Shown here piece by piece: positions 19,048-27,714 of a DNA stretch of 64,000 nt; the stretch's first letter is position 1; each line of letters starts with the position of its first letter. The notes below the pieces were generated by a model. It was given only the letters and a program-made list of their open reading frames with translations. It ran no database searches and had not been told where the DNA came from. The translations under genes and the position numbers were made by a program. This DNA is from a virus. The stretch lies in IMG/VR virus record IMGVR_UViG_3300035698_006513. One strand, written 5' to 3'.

Positions 19048-22000
19048 TTACGGGTAGAATACTGTCGTGAATGGTCCTGTCGCAACTACGTTATATTGTA
19101 TAGGATCTCCGTACTTATGTACACTCCCATACTGAGGTACCCCGCTTGTTAGCTGCGTACCCGTAACCAGGATGCTTTCCGAAGGGCATATGCGGTCTGC
19201 GTATCCCCAAGCTAATGAAGCACCATATTGCCATATCTGTACACCTAGGCTATCTACCTCACCATACATACCAACACGACTGTCTGTGCAGATCTTTTCT
19301 GTGAATTTAACCATCAACACTGCGGACAGAACTTCAGTCACTGAAATTGTGTCTACTAATGTCTGTCTAAGCATAGCTACAATGTCTGTGTACACAGGCT
19401 TGACTCTGCGCACGTAGTTTACGACCTCTGTAATGAACTCTACTATAAGTGTCCGATCCTCTATAGCGTCTACCTCAATGCCGACCATAAAGGTGAAATA
19501 CTTCTCTATCTCACTAAGACCTGCCTTTTTCCACCAAATATCGTCTATAAGCCTGTCGATTATTTCGACGCCATTAGATAAGGGTGCGTATACAGATACT
19601 GTATCGCCTACGGCGTAAGTGCTGTTAGTTGTAGGATTGGTTGCGATACCCAGGGATCTTTTATATGTATAGGTTCTGATTTTTGTTGAGTTCTTATCTT
19701 GGATCGCAATTTGTCCAGTGCTTGACGTAAAGCTAGATTCAATTCTGACAATTGTACCCTCTGCATATGAAAATGGTAGTCCGCAGAAAATCTGTACACC
19801 TCTATGTAGGTTTTCTACAGATGGTCCAAATAAGTAGCAGTATAACAGCCCTCTTACCGATGACAGGTAGTCCAGTCCCAATACTTCTACAACGGGTGAA
19901 TCCTTTGGTAAACCTATCTCGTACCCGAAGTTAGCTTCAATAGTTGGGCTGTTCGATAGATGTGCATACTCCGCCCACAGTGTATCAGGAGGAAGAAGAG
20001 TAGTACTATAGGGGACCGCAATCTGTATGTATTTACCCTCATCGCTATCCTCCAGTGAGAAGTCTCTGTTCTCCAGCAAAACGTCACTAGCAGGTGGGTC
20101 CTTTATGACACTCTGTAGTCTGGGTATGGAAGATGTGTCCGGTGCTACAGGCACTCTACTAGCACGGAGAAGGTGAGTAAGTGTGACATCGTATGCACTG
20201 TCCTGCAAAAGAGCATCCAATGACGCATCATAAGTTACGCCAATAGAATCGCCAGATGCACCATTGGCATATACGAAGAGCTGTGTTTCTTCTTGTGTGT
20301 TTTTATTTATAGCCGACCATAAGGTGATGTCACCTGAGAATAGACGCAGGTCGTTAGGGACAGCAAACCCAAAAGAGGCTCTTGCAGCAGAAGTATCCCA
20401 TATCACGCCAACACAATTAGTAGGTAACGGAGAGTTGAGCTGTATAGTGCTAGGTGACACGTCTAGTACCTGCCTAGCGCAGACTCCTCCAACAGTAGTC
20501 ATACGTATAATCTGCCCGCGGGATATGCCTGCAAGCAGGAAATTTGCAATACTTGCGTCTGTAAGGACACTCAAGTCACCAACGCGGTAGACTAGTCCCG
20601 CGTTTGGGGGAATTGGCTTATCTAACTGCAGAGCAATATTAGATATTACATTCACCACTGTAGCAGTCATTGCAGGGCTATCTATATTAAGAATAGCACC
20701 TACTGCTATATTGTTATCTAAAAACGTGCCTGTAGCAGAGGTAACAAACTCTGTCCCCACTGCGACCATATCCGTACCAGCGGCTTGAGATATAGCTCCT
20801 GTAGCACTAGATACTGCAGTTGCCCTGGAGTAAGCGAAGGTTTCGTCTTCTAATGAGACCTTACAGTCATAATCCAACCACTTACGTTGCAGTCTCCTGC
20901 CTATGGTACCTATAGATTTGTCTCTATCATGCTGATACGCGGTGAGCATGTCGGCAGAGGCCAGCTGCATGAGAGCGGACCAAAACACTACAACAGCATC
21001 CTTGCCTTCAACTCCGTCCCATACGTTACCTAAAAGTTGCCACATAAAATCGGCTTCGGGGACATACCCGGAAGACACGCTGGATGTACTGACCACAACA
21101 GAAACAGCATCAGCCACACTATCCAGCGCGCCATCATTTACCACCAAAGAGAAGATGTACTCCCCATCTTTATCTGGAATAAACGCAGGGTCTCTGTCAT
21201 ATTTACCGGGGTATGTTTGGTTAGTGGGTGTTCCTATGGTACGTACTGCGCCACTCTCTCCCAGAATATCTTCCCCTGGAGTAAATGGATCTGTTACACT
21301 TGTGAGGTATAATTTACCTCCCAGTTCGCTGACGAATCTACCAGAGGTACACGATGTACTCCCTTTAACAAACTCCCCAGCTACAAATACACCAGAACCC
21401 CCAGCAGCATCTACCTCAGTAGAACTGGACAAGTTATGCGTGGGGAATAAGCTAACGTCGGATATAGAGCTTCCTGCAGGAGCGGATGCCAGCGCCCACT
21501 CGTATGTGATAGGCATATTTTCTGGGTCGTATGATCCGCTACCGTCTAGTGCTACAGATTTACCTGTAGACCCTTCTGTGTCGGGAGCTAGCGCTATAGG
21601 GCGTTTATTAGGAATCATTAACGAGGATGACACATGTAGCGTATGGAGCATAACCTCTGTGGCTGATAACGCAGCACCCACTACAGAAAGCGTAAACCCA
21701 TCAGAATAAGAAACGGGTGTAGTTTCAGACGCGGAGGAGTAGCGTAGTACATGACCTGTCACCCCAATTTGAGCAGACTCGGTAACGTATAAGTCCACTA
21801 CACGATTAACTCCGTCCAGTACAATGCGTATTGTATAGCGGGTTCCAGCAGAGAACAGAACAGATGAAGGTACAGGAAGAGACATAGACCCTTCCTGTAT
21901 AGTAAATGTTATACCGTCCGCCGCAATAGATAATCCGAACATATCCCCAGATATATCATGCAGTGCGAAAAACATGAATGCGTTAGACATATCAGCGAGT

Positions 22001-22218
22001 ACAGGAGGCAACACCACAGGGGTAAACTCGAACTGAAACGTAGATGTTTGTGGGATAGCAGTGCCATTGGATACCAACCTAGACACAACGGTATCATCGC
22101 TGTAGTATCTAATGGATGTTCCGCTGACAGAGATGTGAGGACCACCTCTGCTCGGAGTTAGTACAGGACCCAGTGCGGCACTAAGATCAGACAGATCTAG
22201 AATATCAAATGTAGCCAT
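19048..22218 (-). CDS. Baseplate wedge-like protein with PKD/REJ-type Ig domain
   Basis: NKRPIA..VALDGSGSYDPE..ITYEW and FIPDKDGEYIFSLVVNDG (PKD-like); C-terminal RRVKPVYT like P2 gpI-type wedge proteins. Confidence 0.6.
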   Translation of the reverse strand: MATFDILDLSDLSAALGPVLTPSRGGPHISVSGTSIRYYSDDTVVSRLVSNGTAIPQTSTFQFEFTPVVLPPVLADMSNAFMFFALHDISGDMFGLSIAADGITFTIQEGSMSLPVPSSVLFSAGTRYTIRIVLDGVNRVVDLYVTESAQIGVTGHVLRYSSASETTPVSYSDGFTLSVVGAALSATEVMLHTLHVSSSLMIPNKRPIALAPDTEGSTGKSVALDGSGSYDPENMPITYEWALASAPAGSSISDVSLFPTHNLSSSTEVDAAGGSGVFVAGEFVKGSTSCTSGRFVSELGGKLYLTSVTDPFTPGEDILGESGAVRTIGTPTNQTYPGKYDRDPAFIPDKDGEYIFSLVVNDGALDSVADAVSVVVSTSSVSSGYVPEADFMWQLLGNVWDGVEGKDAVVVFWSALMQLASADMLTAYQHDRDKSIGTIGRRLQRKWLDYDCKVSLEDETFAYSRATAVSSATGAISQAAGTDMVAVGTEFVTSATGTFLDNNIAVGAILNIDSPAMTATVVNVISNIALQLDKPIPPNAGLVYRVGDLSVLTDASIANFLLAGISRGQIIRMTTVGGVCARQVLDVSPSTIQLNSPLPTNCVGVIWDTSAARASFGFAVPNDLRLFSGDITLWSAINKNTQEETQLFVYANGASGDSIGVTYDASLDALLQDSAYDVTLTHLLRASRVPVAPDTSSIPRLQSVIKDPPASDVLLENRDFSLEDSDEGKYIQIAVPYSTTLLPPDTLWAEYAHLSNSPTIEANFGYEIGLPKDSPVVEVLGLDYLSSVRGLLYCYLFGPSVENLHRGVQIFCGLPFSYAEGTIVRIESSFTSSTGQIAIQDKNSTKIRTYTYKRSLGIATNPTTNSTYAVGDTVSVYAPLSNGVEIIDRLIDDIWWKKAGLSEIEKYFTFMVGIEVDAIEDRTLIVEFITEVVNYVRRVKPVYTDIVAMLRQTLVDTISVTEVLSAVLMVKFTEKICTDSRVGMYGEVDSLGVQIWQYGASLAWGYADRICPSESILVTGTQLTSGVPQYGSVHKYGDPIQYNVVATGPFTTVFYP

Positions 22219-22280
22219 AGTTTACCTCCTGAACAGAATATAACAGAAACTCGAGTTAGTACCTAGAGGAGAATATCAAA

Positions 22281-22508
22281 ATGAAGATCGTAGAGATGGA
22301 CGGAGATTTACGTAAGAGACTGATTGCAACTGAAGAGGACGTGCTCACCCCTATGGTGAGGCATATTGCCCCTCCACCCAGTTGTAGTAGATGTAAAAAA
22401 GAGATGGTAGCGTGTAGGCCCGAAAATCTAGTAGGGATTATCGCTTCTTATGATTATAAATGTAGCAGTTGTAATCAAGGAGTTAGTGCATCAGGAATCG
22501 TCACATAG
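22281..22508 (+). CDS. Small Zn-ribbon protein, opposite strand to tail cluster
   Basis: AGAGGAG SD; CSRC..CSSC. Confidence 0.6.
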   Translation: MKIVEMDGDLRKRLIATEEDVLTPMVRHIAPPPSCSRCKKEMVACRPENLVGIIASYDYKCSSCNQGVSASGIVT

Positions 22509-23166
22509 GGAACATTATCCGCTCTAGCTTGCCACTAATACACTCATCTCTCACTTGGGATATAACCCCGTCAGCCAGCTCCTTCGCTCTAGACTTTGTA
22601 CAAGTCCACGCATAAGTAGGACCGCTCAGATAAGAGTAGATCATAGCGTGCATTCTAGGACTTATATTCCCACTGCTTATATATGCGTACTGGCGCACCT
22701 GTTGTAGATACCCCCATCTCTCTACGTACGCTCTATAAGATGCATATCGTATAGGTAATTTATAAAACAGGTATTTCCAGCAGTACATGATTTTATGTAC
22801 GCTACTTTTCTCTTCCGCAACAAGAGTACCTTTGGCGTGTAGGTCCGGGTCACCAAAGTACATCTCATCCATGTGGGAAAGTTCGTGGCGGAACATACCC
22901 CACTTGCTGCTTGCCTCTAGTGCCTCCCAAGATGACCCATCTCCAGGAGCAAATATCATTCTACCTATCGTAGTATAGAAATTGGTCATCAACCAGGGTG
23001 CCTGAAACCCTGAGAATACCTGATGTAACACAGCCAGTACGAACCATATGATATTCCAACCTGCTGTATACTTTGGGATAACACGTATCTTACCTCGATG
23101 CCGTATGTTCGCCCTCTCCCACAGTACGTCGAACTCGTGTGCCCAACTAGTCAGTGTAACGTCCAT
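22501..23166 (-). CDS. Putative zincin metallopeptidase with a hydrophobic segment
   Basis: FRHELSH (HExxH) with downstream YVERWGY; hydrophobic WNIIWFVLAVL. Confidence 0.5.
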   Translation of the reverse strand: MDVTLTSWAHEFDVLWERANIRHRGKIRVIPKYTAGWNIIWFVLAVLHQVFSGFQAPWLMTNFYTTIGRMIFAPGDGSSWEALEASSKWGMFRHELSHMDEMYFGDPDLHAKGTLVAEEKSSVHKIMYCWKYLFYKLPIRYASYRAYVERWGYLQQVRQYAYISSGNISPRMHAMIYSYLSGPTYAWTCTKSRAKELADGVISQVRDECISGKLERIMFPM

Positions 23167-26100
23167 TATGTCCTCCTAACATCAGAAAGCACACCATCGT
23201 GTACAATAAAAGCAGAGTTCCTTCCCGGAGAAATTCTATCCAGTGACCTGTCTACTTCTATAGTGCGGTCTAACCCCCACACGATACCCACCAACTGTAG
23301 AGGCCCTGTTATATCTGAAACGTTATACTTACGGAATTGTTTTATTATGTTGAATACCGTGAGGTCTTCTTCTGGTGGAAGATTCTCTATGTAACGTTTC
23401 AGTGCGATGCGTATGACGGCTTCGGATGACCCCTCTGTGTAATCAGTGTTCATATACACAAACGTTGGTACAAGATGTCTTATCAGGGGGTCGGAGCATA
23501 TAACTCTGTGTGCGGACCTCATAAAGGCACTCATGTCGTTTATGAGGTCAGGATTGTTGTATAGGATACGAATACCACTACCTTGCAGCAGTGTCCTATT
23601 TGTTTTGTACGCAGGTAGCCCTGTCTCTAAGAATCTTCGAGTAAAACGTATATGCAGATCCTCTTGATTAGAGAATGAAAGATTCTCGTTTGCAGACTCC
23701 ATATACCACCCTTCTTTGTAGAATGAACTGGTCATATCGAGTCCCAATTTAGTGCCTGCGTCGAGATTGTACGCAGAACCCAGACCTAGAGAGTTCATTT
23801 CTATATCAACATAGTAGAATGGGCTGTTTACGTTATCTTCTATTGATGTTGCGTCTATACCCTGTGTTCCGGGATTGACGATCTTGAACTGCACGCCTGC
23901 AATGGGATTTGTTAATCCTCCAGGGGACACCGTCAATATGTCATTACCTACGTGCGTGACGGTTTGATAAGATGATATGCTGGCATCTGGTCCAGAGTAT
24001 ATGTACAGCCTGTTACCAACCTCTACACCTAACGCGTTGAAATCACTACCGACCAACTGAACCTGTGTAGCACCTATTTGGTCTAGGGTGGATGGTAATA
24101 CTGTTGTCGCAGGATCAGGCACTATTTGGTAATCGAAATCTGTAAACCCGGGTTCAAATTCATACACAGGTCCTCCGGCAGACGCTTGGTACGAAAACAA
24201 CGTACCCTCTCTGTATAAAGCATTAACCTCATCGTAATGAGAGGAGAACGCCTCGAACGAAACCTTATCTAGAAAATACAACCTGGCTGTACCTACAGAA
24301 GGTGCGCCCAAGTTAAACACATCTGTCGTAGAGGTTGCTGTCATAGGTTTGTCAACACGCACCGAGGAGCCTGTAACAATTTCCGTAACCCTGTAATAAC
24401 CTTTATTATCTCCTGCAGTGACTACTATCCGGTCGTCAACAGCAGGACTAACAGCAGAGAAGTCAGCAGATGATACCAATGTAGAAGACACCGTGGTGTT
24501 GAGTACACCATCTTCAATCTTGGGGGAAACTCCTAGATTTGAAAAGGCGTCAATAATACGCACGTCCACGGGGTATGCGTAAGGAATAACAGAACCTGTA
24601 GGTCGCCCTGTGGAATCTATGAGCTGTATATCTTTGATCTCACGTACAGGAAGCGTGATAGGTGTGTACCTATTAACAATCTTATACGACATGTTTGCAT
24701 CATCAGCTGGCATAGCTTGACCTACATATAGAGATGTGGCGCTTATTATCCCCGCTACTGTGTACGACCCTACATTATCGCCACCCTCAATTATTACGTC
24801 ATGCCCCAATGCCACCCCTAGCGCTGTGAAATCTTTAGTAAGATCAGTAATGATATTATGTCCGTGTAGTCCAGACATTCCAGAGGATCTCACAATGACC
24901 CTAAATGGGGTTGCGGTGCTAACGTCAATATCATCATCGGCGACTACAGACCACTGAACGTTAACCGCTGTAGCCGTCAATCCAGTAGCAGGTGCGTCTA
25001 GTCGCACGTAATATAGTGGCCCTGCTGTATGTTTCTCTAGTACAGTATATGTACCTGTGTCTGACCCCGCGTATATGTAGATAACATCCCACACATTGAT
25101 TGCATTCCAATCTACCACATTAGTAATTTCTGCAGACGTACTGCCTGCCGATGTACTCATAGTGTCCTTTATTACATCGGGATCTGCGTCTTCCGTCACA
25201 GGTAGTGCCCAACTTAACTCTTGCACAGTTCTAGGTACGGTATATAGGTCAATGGCACCCGCACCAACATGTACGCTGTTTCCTGGTACTACAATATTAC
25301 CGTCCGGTGTATTTGGTCGGAGTATGCCTCCGGGTATACCATCTAAAGATAACGTACCCGACTGACCGCCGCTATATGTGACCCCAACTTTGCTCGATAA
25401 ATTAGCACTCCCTCCTACATCAAGAAGGAACAAGCTGTACATATCACTGGCAATGGAGAGTATCTCAATCTCACTCTCATCCCCAAGCACAATAGAGTCT
25501 GAATGCCAATAAATACCTTGTTCGCTACCATTAACCCAAGGAGTAACTAAGTAGCTGTTTCCGCCTGCACCAAGCCATGCTGTGTTTATTGCCCCTGCGA
25601 TGTCAAACACGTTAGTGTAGGCAGCTATAGGTATAAAGAAGCTAGAAGAGTATGCGTCTGTGCGCACATTAGCAAAGTGATTTGCGGGAGTTACCGTAAA
25701 GGGGAACTGCACCCATGTCTGTATCTGCGCACGGAAATCACCATTTGCTGTGATTATATCCCTCTGCATCTCAGGGTCGTTCCTACCTACAGCCATAACC
25801 AGCCGCAGCTGTCCCTCAAACTCCTTACCCAGTGTGTGGGCAATACCTAAATCCGATACCAATGAAGCCTGTGACTGAGCAGCGGCAGCTCGTACTAGGA
25901 GCTCGTCGTTAGAGTCTTGGTTAGCGCCAAAAGATGCCCTAGAAGTATTGGTTACACGGATGTACTGCAACCCATCAACAGACGCGATAGAGTTTTGCGT
26001 AATATTGTATTGCTCTCCCGGTTCTGCAGCTACGTAGGTGAGATCCCAGTAGTAATAAGACCCTTCTTTCTGGAGAGACATTTGAGTCTTGGATATTCGC

Positions 26101-26591
26101 TGCACTTGTGTAGGAATAAACACTAGGCCGCTATTAGCCCTAGCTAGGTTGTCGGGCTGCACCTCTTCATCCATTGGGGCGGATTTGTACACGCGTATGC
26201 GTATGTATGCAAACTCTCCGGGATCCCTGACAATAAAACGGTTTGCAGAGAATGCGTCTATATCACCGTCCGTCATAACCTTTTGATTTAACAGTGATTG
26301 TACTACGCCTAATCGATGAACCTCTCTACGGTAGGGTTCCAGTAAAACTTGCCCGCCTTTGTCTAAAATGTCCTCCAAGAACGTACCATCTCTAATGTCC
26401 AGTCCCAGTTCCTGCTGCATCCGTGTACGGATAAACTTGCTGATATTAGCCGCATAAGGATCGTGATTAAGTGCCTCCAGCATGGGGTTTATTACATCCA
26501 CTACAATAGGCGAGTCATCCGCTAAATCTATTGTGGGATCGTGTTCGCGGATAAGTTTAAGAAGTAGTTGCTTATAATTTATTTCGCTCAT
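23166..26591 (-). CDS. Baseplate J/gp6-like wedge protein with inserted repeat modules
   Basis: R.PGEFA..IRVY, AAEPGEQYNI, VTN..ASFG.NQDS.DEL..RA motifs of baseplate J proteins. Confidence 0.75.
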   Translation of the reverse strand: MSEINYKQLLLKLIREHDPTIDLADDSPIVVDVINPMLEALNHDPYAANISKFIRTRMQQELGLDIRDGTFLEDILDKGGQVLLEPYRREVHRLGVVQSLLNQKVMTDGDIDAFSANRFIVRDPGEFAYIRIRVYKSAPMDEEVQPDNLARANSGLVFIPTQVQRISKTQMSLQKEGSYYYWDLTYVAAEPGEQYNITQNSIASVDGLQYIRVTNTSRASFGANQDSNDELLVRAAAAQSQASLVSDLGIAHTLGKEFEGQLRLVMAVGRNDPEMQRDIITANGDFRAQIQTWVQFPFTVTPANHFANVRTDAYSSSFFIPIAAYTNVFDIAGAINTAWLGAGGNSYLVTPWVNGSEQGIYWHSDSIVLGDESEIEILSIASDMYSLFLLDVGGSANLSSKVGVTYSGGQSGTLSLDGIPGGILRPNTPDGNIVVPGNSVHVGAGAIDLYTVPRTVQELSWALPVTEDADPDVIKDTMSTSAGSTSAEITNVVDWNAINVWDVIYIYAGSDTGTYTVLEKHTAGPLYYVRLDAPATGLTATAVNVQWSVVADDDIDVSTATPFRVIVRSSGMSGLHGHNIITDLTKDFTALGVALGHDVIIEGGDNVGSYTVAGIISATSLYVGQAMPADDANMSYKIVNRYTPITLPVREIKDIQLIDSTGRPTGSVIPYAYPVDVRIIDAFSNLGVSPKIEDGVLNTTVSSTLVSSADFSAVSPAVDDRIVVTAGDNKGYYRVTEIVTGSSVRVDKPMTATSTTDVFNLGAPSVGTARLYFLDKVSFEAFSSHYDEVNALYREGTLFSYQASAGGPVYEFEPGFTDFDYQIVPDPATTVLPSTLDQIGATQVQLVGSDFNALGVEVGNRLYIYSGPDASISSYQTVTHVGNDILTVSPGGLTNPIAGVQFKIVNPGTQGIDATSIEDNVNSPFYYVDIEMNSLGLGSAYNLDAGTKLGLDMTSSFYKEGWYMESANENLSFSNQEDLHIRFTRRFLETGLPAYKTNRTLLQGSGIRILYNNPDLINDMSAFMRSAHRVICSDPLIRHLVPTFVYMNTDYTEGSSEAVIRIALKRYIENLPPEEDLTVFNIIKQFRKYNVSDITGPLQLVGIVWGLDRTIEVDRSLDRISPGRNSAFIVHDGVLSDVRRT

Positions 26592-27247
26592 TACGACCTC
26601 ACAGCAAATATGGCTTTGTCTTCACCTACAGTTTTGACTTCTACTACAACTCGTATCCCTCGGGATAGCTTCAGTGTACGCGAAATCACTGCGGATGCTA
26701 GTTTTTCTTCTGGGGGTATAGATAGATCCTGTGCTTGTATTTTTTGTATGTACGACACTACACGGGACAATCCTAGGTTTAGGTCCGGTATCATAGAAGC
26801 ACCGTCATCAGCTGTATCTGCGTACGTCAACGCCTGCTTCCACCCACCACCTGCTTCGGGGTTCCATGCGTCTGTATTAGGGTCAGTGAATAACCACTTT
26901 ACAAGAAGCTGTACGCAGTACTGTGCTCCTGTAACTCTTGTTCCTGCGCCTATACGTAGTACTAACTTAGACGCCTGCATATCATGAGCAGAATCGCTGT
27001 ACGCTTGTACGCTAGTGATGGTTGATGTCTTAAGAATATTTGGTAGAGATACCAGCAGTTTCCCTGTACCCTTATCCTCCCAATCATTTTCTATAGACTC
27101 CCCCTCCACAACAACTTCAACCACTCTACTGAAGTCTCTACCACTAAGTAGAAGTTTACGTGGTGTGGTGGCCCCTGCGGGTACATTCTGAACAGACACG
27201 AGCGGTATCGCATCTAGTAACTGCACTATATATAAATCCATCAGCAT
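26591..27247 (-). CDS. Baseplate gp25/W-like protein with N-terminal IPT/TIG-like domain
   Basis: VTGAQYCVQLLVKWLFTDP..GGG and P.EKLASA pattern; adjacent to baseplate J. Confidence 0.55.
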   Translation of the reverse strand: MLMDLYIVQLLDAIPLVSVQNVPAGATTPRKLLLSGRDFSRVVEVVVEGESIENDWEDKGTGKLLVSLPNILKTSTITSVQAYSDSAHDMQASKLVLRIGAGTRVTGAQYCVQLLVKWLFTDPNTDAWNPEAGGGWKQALTYADTADDGASMIPDLNLGLSRVVSYIQKIQAQDLSIPPEEKLASAVISRTLKLSRGIRVVVEVKTVGEDKAIFAVRS

Positions 27248-27714
27248 TTACCCATCACGTTTTCGACCTCAGACCGCACGACACCAGCTACACCTTCTAC
27301 ACCCAGCTCATACGGATCTATACCTAGTTCTGGGAGTTCCAGGCTAGAAACCTCTTTTATAAGGCTAATCATATCTGTGGATACCTGCTGCAATCCGGAA
27401 ATTATATCTTTCAAATCGTTAAGATCTTCCGCAATAGATTGTCCTACTGACTTAGGTGCAGCAACGTCTTGGGTGTCTACGGTAGTCAGCATATTTCCTA
27501 TCATACGCAGGGTTTTACTTTTTAGCCCCATCTGTATGAGATCCATAGCCCCTAGGTCACCAGACGTAGCTGCGTCTATACCTGAGTCTATATCTGCACC
27601 TAAACCTGCAGATAGATTTGACAGCATCCTTCTTTCATCATCGGATAGAGGTGACCTTTCTGAGTTTAGTACTTTATTCCTCAGTGCTTCCGCGTGACTA
27701 CATTTACCTGTCAT
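27241..27714 (-). CDS. Hypothetical helical protein
   Basis: Overlaps both neighbours; GGAGG SD. Confidence 0.55.
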   Translation of the reverse strand: MTGKCSHAEALRNKVLNSERSPLSDDERRMLSNLSAGLGADIDSGIDAATSGDLGAMDLIQMGLKSKTLRMIGNMLTTVDTQDVAAPKSVGQSIAEDLNDLKDIISGLQQVSTDMISLIKEVSSLELPELGIDPYELGVEGVAGVVRSEVENVMGKC

